Assembly: GCA_048128005.1 (NCBI GenBank)
Contig: JBEUKZ010000115.1
Span: 248,001 to 312,000 of the forward strand
Origin: Veleropilina oligotropha
Lineage: Eukaryota
DNA: 64,000 nt
Reading direction: 5' to 3'
Shown here: positions 1-9,840 of the stretch, piece by piece
Numbering within the stretch: position 1 is the stretch's first letter
Layout of the letters: each line of letters opens with the position of its first letter
Position numbers and translations under genes: made by a program
Notes under the pieces: generated by a model
The model's database searches: none
Seen by the model: the letters and a program-made list of their open reading frames with translations, nothing else
Told to the model about the DNA's origin: nothing

Positions 1-652
1 CCGGTATTGCAATTCACAGGGTATGTGGGGGTTGGAGAACTGAAAAGTGGAACAGGATCCAGGCAAAGATACAGTGTTGGGGACTGTTAGGTTATTATTG
101 AACTTCAAATTATTCCGCCGAATATTTGCACAGTTATCCCCCTTTTTGGACAAACTTCCATTTTCGGCTGGCGTGAACATGATATAATGAAAACCGTAAC
201 AGCTAGGGAATTCAAATTTGGTATGCAGGTTTATTGGAACATAAACTAGGTTGCTCTTGAATTTCACAGTATTCCGCCGAATATTTGCACATTTATCCCC
301 TTTTTCGACATAGCTTTTGCATCAATTACGACAAACCCGATGGGATAATGTGTGGCTCCCACACTTGTTGTTAATCCATCTTTTGCCAGACTTTGCAAAG
401 ATGTTTGTATCAATAATATCTAGGTCATATTCGATAGCCATCGTCATCGGACCGTTATAACTAGATTTATGGCCCTTGAATTATTTAAAATGAGGAACTG
501 GCACTCCACAGCTGCCGCTAGATGTCGCGCGCGACAGTAGGTCATGTCACAAGGCCGTCTGTAAATAGCGTTCCTTTGTAATATATTCAAACCGACTTTG
601 TTTATCAACGTGTCTTGTCCACATGAATGAATAACTTGAATAGGTAAACACA

Positions 653-803
653 ATGCCAGTTCACTGTTCGGTTCGCAGATGTAGTGGGAATGGAGGCCAT
701 CGTTTCCCTAGTGACCAGGAAATGAGAAAGAAGTGGATTATCGCCGTAAAAACGTGGCAAAAACAACTGGAATCCATCAAAATGGTCGACAGTATGCAAA
801 CAC
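653..803 (+). pseudogene. THAP zinc-finger remnant (transposase N-terminus)
   Basis: MPVHCSVRRC...HRFPSDQEMRKKWIIAVK. Removing one A from the run at 748-752 continues as RGKNNWNPSKWSTVCKH, giving the C2CH THAP pattern with its P and W residues; truncated afterwards. Confidence 0.8.
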
Positions 804-1435
804 CGGCCATTGACGCAAATCAGAAATATGAGCAAAATCCTTGCTACCCACCCACTGATTACGTATAATATAAGAGAGGGCAGCCATCTGCAATTTTTCC
901 AATTATTCACATGCCCCGCTTCGAATCGCATTTCACCTACCAGAAAAAACAGTAATAAAGGAAACGTACTTATCATGCAATGCATTACATATTTATCTTG
1001 GCCCCACTTGCTTCGTTAGAGAAGAAAAGTCAATCCAATAACGATAAAAGCGATATTTGTTCGTCCCTTGGTCCACATCGATTTTTCGACGAAACTCATA
1101 TTAAGCTATGTCTTATATATTTAAAGTAATTTTTGATCGAAAAAAAATCACTAATAAACACGATGAAGGCAACAAGTTTGTTGAACTTACTATCAGAGAG
1201 CAATTACAAGTATGATGACCTGAAAGATTATTTGGAGAAAGCGACATCACGGTTCGAACAGTGTGAAACTTCAAATAAAGATGAAAGCGAAAACACGAGC
1301 ATTCAATCTGGAAATGCTGAGCAAGAGCCTCCTACTAATGAAAACAACGAAATATCAGAGCCCCCGACAAACTCTAACAATGACTCAAATAACAAATGAA
1401 AGCGCGTCCATCAGAGTGAACCCAAAACAAAAACT

Positions 1436-2083
1436 TTGCTCATAGGGTCATCCATTTTGAAATACATTGATCGTAGAGGTCTTTTAGAACACGTGGATGT
1501 GAAAACACACAGAGGTGCTACTGTGCAAAGGCTTCTGAGCCATATAAAAAGAATGAACATACATAAATATTCCCATGTTGTACTTCATGTTGGTGGGAAT
1601 GATGCCTCGCAAGGATCCTGTGTTGAATCCATCGTTCAGGATTACGAGGAGCTCATTAAGTACATCTACAATCAGAACTCAGAGACCGAGATCTTTGTGT
1701 CTGGATTAACCCCGCGTCGTGATGTGGATGTGCGTCCTCTAAATATTGTGCTTCAGGATCTAGCTCATTTCTATGGTTATGTTTTCTTTGACAACTACTC
1801 TCGTGTCAACCACTCCAATGGATGCCTGAGTTCCGATGGAGTCCATATTTCCAAATATGGTACCTCGCAGCTCCTTTGGAACTTCCAACAGGAACTGCCA
1901 ATAATTCGTCAGCGAAAAATGTCATCAGACCAAACAAGAAATCCGGACAGAGGGTGCTACTATTGTGGAGAGCAGGGACATGTCTCCAATGTTTGTAGAC
2001 ATGAACAGAAAGTACAATGCTGGAAATGTGGAATGCTTGGACATAAATCCAAGCTATGTAATAACAGTTTTTCCATGCGATAG
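1436..2083 (+). CDS. LINE ORF1 C-terminal part: SGNH/GDSL esterase-like domain plus two CCHC zinc knuckles (frameshifted upstream)
   Basis: LIGSSI, HVGGND and SDGVH blocks; CYYCGEQGHVSNVC and CWKCGMLGHKSKLC. Confidence 0.85.
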   Translation: MLIGSSILKYIDRRGLLEHVDVKTHRGATVQRLLSHIKRMNIHKYSHVVLHVGGNDASQGSCVESIVQDYEELIKYIYNQNSETEIFVSGLTPRRDVDVRPLNIVLQDLAHFYGYVFFDNYSRVNHSNGCLSSDGVHISKYGTSQLLWNFQQELPIIRQRKMSSDQTRNPDRGCYYCGEQGHVSNVCRHEQKVQCWKCGMLGHKSKLCNNSFSMR

Positions 2084-2098
2084 GACTCTGGCCATGCT

Positions 2099-3559
2099 AT
2101 GGCCGATGCAAGTGCTAATATAGCTGATTTAATAATAAGCAATTCATTCTGTAATAATGTTGCTTCAGTATATATACCTGTGTCGTCATGTCATAACAAT
2201 GCTAGCTTCTCTGAGTCCCATGCTCCTAGTAATGATAATGATATTAATATCTTTATTAAACATGTATGTATGATATTTGCAGTGTTATGTGTCACACTTG
2301 CTGCAATAGTGTGTTTTGATAATAATGATGAGACTGTTAGAAATAATCTGAATCCTTTCGACTTTTATAAGAAAGGATTGAAACTTGTTCACCTAAATAT
2401 CTGTCACCTTGTGCCTAAGTTAGATGAAATAGAATTTTTGTTAAAAGATGCAAAACATGCTCCAGAAATAATCGGATTTACGGAAACTTTCTTGTCAGAT
2501 AATATCGCTGATTCTGCAATTGCCATATACAACTATAATTTAATTAGGAAAGACAGAATCGAGAAAATTGGTGGCGGAATTGCCATTTATGTAATAGAAA
2601 ATTTGCTATTCCAAAGAAAATTGGATCTAGAAATTGGTGATATTGAGACAATCTGGCTCAATATATCACCACCAAAATGTAAACAGTTCTTGATCTGTTT
2701 TGTCTCTATAGACAAAATGTTCTTGGATGCAAAATGTTCTTGGATTGACAAGTTTGAAAATCAAATGTTAAGAGCATTAAATGAAGACAAAGAAATAATT
2801 GTGTTAGGTGATTTTAATTTAAATGAAATGAACCCAGAAACTATTCCAACAAAATGGAAGGAATTTATTCAAGTATATGACCTTACTCAAGTTGTCAACT
2901 CACCAACAAGGATTACAAACACCAGCTGTACCCTGATTGATCATGTATACACAACTCATCCCAGTAATATTGTCCAGGTTACAGTGCCAAAATATAGTAT
3001 AAGTGACCACTTTCCTACATGCATTGCCAAACATAATATTTATAAGGTAAAAAAGGATAATCATTATGAGATAACGTACAGAAACTTTAGAGATTTTAAG
3101 GCTGAACATTTCCTGAGAGATCTTGCATGTGTACCTTTTTCAAATGTAGAACAGGTCACTGATCCTAATATTTGTCTCTCTATTTGGTATGATTTATTTT
3201 TGGAAGTTATGAACAAGCATGCTCCTGTAAGGAGCAAACGAGTAAAAAGATGCAAACAAGAACCATGGTTTAACGACGAAATAAAACATGCACGACACAT
3301 GAGAGATAGGTTTAAAAGGAAAAATGACTTCATCAATTACAAAATTTGGAGAAATAAAACCACAATGCTTATTATTAATGCAAAAACAAACCATGTTAAG
3401 AAAGTAGTCGAAACAGAAAAAGATTCAAGGAAAATATGGGATCTTCTGAAAACAGTCACAAAAGTAAAAAATAAAAGTTCACCATTTCCAACAATTCTTG
3501 ATGTAGATGGAAATCAACTTGTGGATTCACAAGATATTGCAAACACCATGAGTACTTAT
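2099..3559 (+). CDS. LINE ORF2 5' part: apurinic-like endonuclease domain
   Basis: HLNI, GFTETFL, GGGIAIY, LGDFN, TLIDHVY and SDH motifs. The ORF-track tail after 3559 is read-in to the DIRS ITR. Confidence 0.9.
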
Positions 3560-4628
3560 ATTAGTAGCAATATACTTTACGTCATTACCTATGCCATAAT
3601 AGCCCTATTATCGCTAAACCGGAAACTGTGAAAAAGCGTTTCACTTTCATTTAAACTTACACGCTTACCCCCCCTGCTCACCTCTCTCGCGTTCCTCCCA
3701 CGAGATCTGCCCAAGTCTCGCGAGACCTCAGAGACCAAGACAGATCTGGTATCCTTTTTAAGTCTTCCGTCAGTCTGTCCGGACGTGCTTCAGTCTTGTC
3801 AAAACATAGACTATAAGAAGTTACTTTTAAACAAGTTTCTTTCGCACAATATTGTGCCATTCATATATATATATGAGTTGAAGAAGTATTTAACTGTGTT
3901 CGGAATATACAGGCCGAATTAGCAAAGTTTAAAAGTTGTGAGATTCTGGCCACGAGGTTTTCGGCCCGCCATCTTGGAATTTACAATGTAAAGATCTAAA
4001 GAGGGCCGCTCAGGAGGGAACGTTCTTCAAGCAGGAAAGCTTCGCATAGGCGAATCCTTTCACAGCAGGAAGTGTTTGGTTTCTAATATTGCTTGAAATT
4101 ACTTGTAATTCCTATATATATTAGATAATTCCTTAGCGGCGTATCTTGCTTAAATTCTTAGTAACTTTGTTCAATCGAATTTAGCGTCGCTAACAAGGCA
4201 GATATTTAGGTATTAACGTGCGTTATTTAGCCTATCTGCCGAATCTGGGATATTTCGCCAACGCTCTAACCTATTGAAATCAACATCCACGAGGTTTTCA
4301 GGTGTTTAAAGGCGGCTGTTTCTATATATAGCCTCCTACTATCTATATATCCGCCTGCATTCAATTTGTTAGTGTCCGACAAGCCGTTTTAATAAAGCTT
4401 GTACGTCGGGCTTGGTTTATATTCTAGTCGGGTTACTTGTCTGTTCTTCGGTTGTGTAAAAACAATCCGAAGTGTGATTCATAACAATTTAGGGTCAATA
4501 TCCGGTCTTTTCCTATATACTCGGATTAGAGACCCCTATATAAGGCGTAGTAGTTTAACACGTAGCGTACTACCCGGATATCCCTAAATTTCCCGGTTCC
4601 CACTACCTTTCCTACCCGTGTAACAGCT

Positions 4629-6852
4629 ATGGTCCGTTGCAGTGAGCCTGAGTGTAACCAAAAGATACACAGCTTCGACAAGCATTCGGTATGTCGCATT
4701 CACCGTAGTTGTGCTAAGAGATACCCCTGTGCTAAATGTCTACTTTTAACGGATCGGCAGTGGGCACTTATCTACCCACCAGGGACGATGGCTACCAGGG
4801 AGTCCGTCTCTGTTGGGCTTCCCCCGGAGAAACAGACGACGGGTAAGTCAGGGCTAATTTCTGATTCGTCTGTTTCAGGGACGCGAGGCGACCAGCGAAC
4901 TGGGGCATCGCAGGTTGCAGGACCCGCCGACGAAACCGCTACGGTTTTGGGGAAAACCGTGGAAACCTCGCCGGCGTCCCAGGTTCAAGACCAGGTAAGA
5001 GGAGCCCGAGTGCTGACCGTTTCTCCTCGTACCACGGGCCTAGTAGCTGCGTCCAATAGTGCCATGCCGGCTAGCATGGTACACCGGACCTTACAGCGAA
5101 CAGCTGAGCAGGGCAGGCTATCCCCTTCCTCTCTTTCGGCCTCGGAAGAGCAGGGGACGGCTAGTCCTTCTGTCACAAGTAGTATGCCGAGCGGCATACT
5201 GCGGACGGCAGAGCAAGTTGGAACAGTTGCCGGACACCACCAAGGTGGTTTAAGATCCGGACCACCAACGACACCCGACTCACTGGCCGATGGTGCGACC
5301 GACCCTCCCCAGGGTTCGTCCTTACACCTCGGAGCTCCCAGTCTTGTCGGAGGACCCGCCGACTCCCCTGACCCCTTTGGGCTCAGACTAGTTGGCGCGG
5401 ACGGACCGGCTGCGTTCGGGATGGGTATGTACGCGGGAGCTTCCCCCGTCTACCCCCTGAACAGAGCGGCGACCCCCACGGGACTGTGGCCGCAGTCTTT
5501 CGGGAGTCGAGCTCCGGTTAACACGCCTTTTGGCCCGTTCTCCGGGAGTACCCGCTCGTCAGGTGATGTGAGACCCTGGTTCTCATATCAATCTGGCCCA
5601 GCAGCCCGTCTACCATGCGCCACGATGTCCTCGAGCGATCCACTGGCTGTTGGATCGACGCCCGTCTTGCCTGTTGGTCTCTCTTTGGAGAGCGTCCATG
5701 CAATGATTGCGGCGGAATTCGAGGCCCGCAGTAGGGCCTGGCTACCGGCTGTTCAGCCGCCCCAGCACGGCTCCTGCCTCGGTGATGGAGGTCGACCCTC
5801 GTTCCGACGAGGACGTCCCCTCCGATCGCTCCGATCTCCTTGTATCGGTCGGTCCCGATGACTCTCGTAGTCAATCAGGCTTGCAGGAGCCGATCTCCGC
5901 CACCCGCCGAAGACACGACGCTGTCGCGTCGCTTCGCGGGGTGCTAGATCTACCCGACCCGGCCCGGCCGGTAGGTACGATCAAGCACAGGACGGCAGCA
6001 CACCGTTTTGCTGAGTCGGAGGCTCCCCAGCTTCCCGTACTCCCCCAGTCTGGCTTGGTGGATCTGGTTCTGGATCAGACCACCCGGGCCATTCAGGGAG
6101 GCAAGACAGTGGAGACGTCTTCTCTCACGGAGTTCCCTCGGGGCCTCCGTAGAGGAAGATACCTCCGGCCTAGTTCGCGACCGTTGCCGATCGCGCTTTC
6201 TGAGCCGTGCCTGGTGGCTGAGCCAGCACAGATTGACGTAGCGATGCGTCGTCTGTCTGCCAGTCAAGCTCCCTCGGTAGCGAAGGTACCATGGGCCGCC
6301 ATGGATGCCTTCGAGAGCTGTGCCCGACGAGCTCTGCGGCTATCGTCTGTACAGGACTCGTTCCTGGACGGTGCGATAGCCGTTCTACAGGAGGACCGAC
6401 CCGGCGCTCGCGAGACCGCCCTGTCCTTCCTCCACGAGGTTGCTGCCGCAACGGAGAACAACGCGTTGGAGTCCGCGCGTGTCTTGGGCAATGCGCTCCT
6501 ACTTCGTAGGGACGCCTGCCTCGAGGGTACATCGTTAGACGACGCCACCCGGCGTTCTCTGCGATGTGTGCCCTTGTCGGCCCCGACTCTCTTCGGAGGC
6601 GAGTTCACCGAATTCGTCGACAAGAGAGCAGTTGAGCTGAAAGATCGTGCGATTGAGCGCGCAGTATTGACTACCCCTCGGGGTACTCAACCTGCCCCCT
6701 CAAGGAAGCGTTCGGCCCCGACTCGGGGCGCGAAAGCTTCCAAGCGTGCCAGACCTTCTCGGGGTGGGCCTCCGGCCCGGAAATCCAGCGAGAAAAAAGG
6801 CCCTCCAACTAAATCCCGTCAGAGCGGGAGAGGGAAGCCGTCACGGCCCTAG
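4629..6852 (+). CDS. DIRS-1 gag-like ORF1, one frameshift at about 5765
   Basis: N-terminal Cys/His cluster (CSEPEC..DKHSVCRIHRSC..PCAKC) and basic C-terminus. ORFs 4629-5861 and 5707-6852 together match the single gag ORF of DIRS-3. Confidence 0.85.
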
Positions 6853-8926
6853 GGTTGCCGGCACTCGCGACGTGCTCAGCTGCGCGCTCCCGCCGGTGGG
6901 AGCGTGCCTGTTAGGCTACAGCCAGACGTGGCTAGAGTTAACAGACAGCAGCTGGGTCCACTCAGTCGTGAGTGCTGGATACAAGTTGAGTTTCAACCGG
7001 CATCCAACCCTATCCGTGACACCACCACCAAGACACGCTCGCCTCCTTCAAGGAGAGAAGCAAGCGGTCTTAGACCAGGCAGTGCGGGACTTACTCTTAA
7101 AAAGAGCCATCTATCCCGCGCCGCCCAGCACACCAGGATTTTACAGCCATTTCTTCCTGGTCCCGAAACCCGATGGCCGCTGGAGACCGATCCTCGATCT
7201 CTCGCACCTCAACCGCTATTTGCGTACCGAGAAGTTCCAGCAAGAAACACTCTCGAAGATACGAGCGGCCATCCGTCCGGGCGACTGGGCAGCGTCTATC
7301 GACCTGACAGATGCGTACTTACACGTTCCGATGCATGCCTCGGCTCATCAGTACCTCAGGTTTATACACGGGGAGACGATCTACCAATTCAGGTGCCTAC
7401 CGTTCGGTCTATCGTCAGCCCCCTACGTCTTCACGCGGGTAGTACAGGCCCTCGGGGCCTTCCTACACTCGCTAGGGCACAGAGTACACATGTATCTCGA
7501 CGACTGGTTGATTCTCGGGGCGTCCCGGGATCAGTGCCTCCAGTCTATGAGCGTTACCCTGTCATCGGCGAAGCGCCTAGGATTACAGATCAACAACGAG
7601 AAATCCTGCTTCGTGCCCTCGACGACGTTTACGTTCCTTGGAGTCGTCTTCGACACGGTCCGGTACACCGCGAAGCCGACCGAGAAACGTATCGTGAACC
7701 TACGCGCAGTTATCCAGGACACAAGGTCATCGGGGATAGCCACGGCGCGACAACTGGCCACTGTCCTGGGGCACATCGAGTCGGTAGCGCCCCTGCTACC
7801 GACAGGACGAATGGACAAACGACCGTTACAGCAGGCCTTCAGGGACCGCTGGGTGCAACGGACGGGACAGTGGACGGATCGTATAGATCTTCGGCATTGG
7901 TTCAATCACTCGACAGCAGTGTGGCTGAACCCTGCATTGCCGAGCCAGTCGGTTCCCATTTCCCCGCCAGAACCGAACGCCTTCCTATACACGGACGCTT
8001 CGAACGAGGGCTGGGGAGGTCACCTCGACAGTTACGAGACATCGGGCCTTTGGCCGACGGACCTGCAGGGACGACACATAAACTATCTAGAACTAGAAGC
8101 GGTCTACCTGACAGTACGGTCCTTCTCGTCACATCTCCGCAACAAGCACATACTGCTCGCCACGGACAACACGACTGTCGTCGCATACGTTCAACACCAG
8201 GGCGGCACTCGCTCGCGTCCCCTATGCGACCGAGCAATCAACCTACACCGCTTAGTGATGTCCCTCAACTCGACGATACGAGCACGACACATCCCGGGAA
8301 TATTGAACGTCCGAGCGGACTCGCTCTCTCGGAAATCGCAGATTATACACACAGAGTGGACGCTACACAGCCGTGTAGCTCGGGAGGTTTGCCGCCGGTG
8401 GTCTCAACCCCAAGTCGATCTGTTTGCAACAGAGTTCAATCACCGACTCCCTCTGTATGTCTCCCCGTACCCGGACCCGGCCGCCCTTGCGGTCGACGCG
8501 TTGTCAATGACATGGGAGAATCTGATCGCGTACGCCTTCCCCCCGTCGTCCATATTACGACTTGTACTACAGAAGGCAGCGCGAGACCGCTGCGAGATAA
8601 CGCTAATAGCGCCCCTAAATCGCACGCAGTCTTGGTTTCCGACTCTTCTCGATCTAATCGTCGATCGACCGCTTGCGTTACCGCAAAGGCCGGACCTGCT
8701 AATGCAACCACGCTCACGGGTGTTACACCCGTCGTCAAACGAACTTCGTTTACACGCATGGCGGTTATCGAACGATCGCTTGTTGAGAAAGGATTTTCTC
8801 GCGCTACAGCCCTCCGCATTTACCGATCGCGAAGACAATCTACATCTAAAGTCTATGACTACCGATGGGTCAAATATGTGGATTGGTGTCACAGGCGGGA
8901 AGTTAATATACTCCGTCCCCCTGTGA
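6746..8926 (+). CDS. DIRS-1 pol: reverse transcriptase, RNase H, adenine methyltransferase-like domain
   Basis: WRPILDL, DLTDAY, LPFGL, YLDD; TDAS..GWG, LELEAV, TDN, ADSLSR; VDLFA...AYAFPP. No ATG at the 5' end. Confidence 0.96.
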   Translation: MPDLLGVGLRPGNPARKKALQLNPVRAGEGSRHGPRVAGTRDVLSCALPPVGACLLGYSQTWLELTDSSWVHSVVSAGYKLSFNRHPTLSVTPPPRHARLLQGEKQAVLDQAVRDLLLKRAIYPAPPSTPGFYSHFFLVPKPDGRWRPILDLSHLNRYLRTEKFQQETLSKIRAAIRPGDWAASIDLTDAYLHVPMHASAHQYLRFIHGETIYQFRCLPFGLSSAPYVFTRVVQALGAFLHSLGHRVHMYLDDWLILGASRDQCLQSMSVTLSSAKRLGLQINNEKSCFVPSTTFTFLGVVFDTVRYTAKPTEKRIVNLRAVIQDTRSSGIATARQLATVLGHIESVAPLLPTGRMDKRPLQQAFRDRWVQRTGQWTDRIDLRHWFNHSTAVWLNPALPSQSVPISPPEPNAFLYTDASNEGWGGHLDSYETSGLWPTDLQGRHINYLELEAVYLTVRSFSSHLRNKHILLATDNTTVVAYVQHQGGTRSRPLCDRAINLHRLVMSLNSTIRARHIPGILNVRADSLSRKSQIIHTEWTLHSRVAREVCRRWSQPQVDLFATEFNHRLPLYVSPYPDPAALAVDALSMTWENLIAYAFPPSSILRLVLQKAARDRCEITLIAPLNRTQSWFPTLLDLIVDRPLALPQRPDLLMQPRSRVLHPSSNELRLHAWRLSNDRLLRKDFLALQPSAFTDREDNLHLKSMTTDGSNMWIGVTGGKLIYSVPL

Positions 8927-9840
8927 ACAAATTTGTCGAGTTCATTACGTCGTTATTCGAACGAGGACTTTCTGTTTCGGCCGTCAAAGGTTATCGGGCC
9001 TCTATCTCGACTACACTCAAACAATGTCGTTCCCGAATTGACTTATCGTCAGACCGTACTATTTCTGATTTAATCAGGTCCTACGAACTCGAAAGACCGA
9101 TTTCTCTGGCGCGGCCGCCAGCATGGAATATTATCCTTATACTTAATGCTCTGCTAGAAAGCCCGTTTGAACCGTTACGTAATGCTTCCATACGTAACCT
9201 TACTTACAAAACCGTATTTCTAATTGCGTTTGCGTCGGGCAAAAGGGTTTCTGAGATACACAGCTTCTCAGCAGAGCTCCGTGATATTAGATTCCAGTCT
9301 GACGGATCGGTCATTTTACGTCCTATATTAGGATTTATTGCTAAAAACCAGCGGCCAGGCGATATTGCTCCAGAAGTCGTTATTCCTACGCTTTCTATTG
9401 TCGGTAGAAACGATATCGATCGACTCAACTGCCCGGTGCGCGCGCTTCGCTACTATCTGGACCGAACACGTGACTTCCGTCGTGGCAAAAAACGCTTGTT
9501 TATTTCGTATTTGCCAAATTTCACCCGCGATGTATCGAAGAATACTATCTCGAGATGGATATGTCGGACGGTTCAGCAGATTTACTCTAATTCCAACGAA
9601 GCTGACCGCAACCTTATTGCGGTCCGTGCCCATGAAACAAGAGCGATATCGACGAGCCTGGCATTTAGACATTGTCTGAATATTACCTCCCTGCTACAAG
9701 CAGGGTATTGGAGAAATCCGAACGTGTTTGTAAAACATTATTTACGCGATTTCTCGACTGGCGCGGATGGTTTGTCCAGTGTTCAATGTGTTGCGGCGCA
9801 ACACTGCATCACCAGGACATCTAGGTTAAATACACGGTGA
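6853..9840 (+). CDS. DIRS-1 tyrosine recombinase ORF with a long N-terminal region overlapping pol
   Basis: Catalytic-type motifs GKRVSEI (R), HETR (HxxR), GYW and FVKHYL (Y). The frame is open from immediately after the gag TAG (6850-6852). Confidence 0.93.
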   Translation, partial: GCRHSRRAQLRAPAGGSVPVRLQPDVARVNRQQLGPLSRECWIQVEFQPASNPIRDTTTKTRSPPSRREASGLRPGSAGLTLKKSHLSRAAQHTRILQPFLPGPETRWPLETDPRSLAPQPLFAYREVPARNTLEDTSGHPSGRLGSVYRPDRCVLTRSDACLGSSVPQVYTRGDDLPIQVPTVRSIVSPLRLHAGSTGPRGLPTLARAQSTHVSRRLVDSRGVPGSVPPVYERYPVIGEAPRITDQQREILLRALDDVYVPWSRLRHGPVHREADRETYREPTRSYPGHKVIGDSHGATTGHCPGAHRVGSAPATDRTNGQTTVTAGLQGPLGATDGTVDGSYRSSALVQSLDSSVAEPCIAEPVGSHFPARTERLPIHGRFERGLGRSPRQLRDIGPLADGPAGTTHKLSRTRSGLPDSTVLLVTSPQQAHTARHGQHDCRRIRSTPGRHSLASPMRPSNQPTPLSDVPQLDDTSTTHPGNIERPSGLALSEIADYTHRVDATQPCSSGGLPPVVSTPSRSVCNRVQSPTPSVCLPVPGPGRPCGRRVVNDMGESDRVRLPPVVHITTCTTEGSARPLRDNANSAPKSHAVLVSDSSRSNRRSTACVTAKAGPANATTLTGVTPVVKRTSFTRMAVIERSLVEKGFSRATALRIYRSRRQSTSKVYDYRWVKYVDWCHRREVNILRPPVNKFVEFITSLFERGLSVSAVKGYRASISTTLKQCRSRIDLSSDRTISDLIRSYELERPISLARPPAWNIILILNALLESPFEPLRNASIRNLTYKTVFLIAFASGKRVSEIHSFSAELRDIRFQSDGSVILRPILGFIAKNQRPGDIAPEVVIPTLSIVGRNDIDRLNCPVRALRYYLDRTRDFRRGKKRLFISYLPNFTRDVSKNTISRWICRTVQQIYSNSNEADRNLIAVRAHETRAISTSLAFRHCLNITSLLQAGYWRNPNVFVKHYLRDFSTGADGLSSVQCVAAQHCITRTSRLNTR

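Noticed and set aside
4985..9672. Numerous minus-strand ORFs inside the DIRS elements
   Set aside because: Shadow ORFs of GC-rich coding sequence; no domain motifs and inconsistent boundaries among copies.
8700..9840. Prophage or bacterial integrase contamination
   Set aside because: The recombinase lies within DIRS ITR/ICR architecture with RT and gag, inside introns of a spliced gene.
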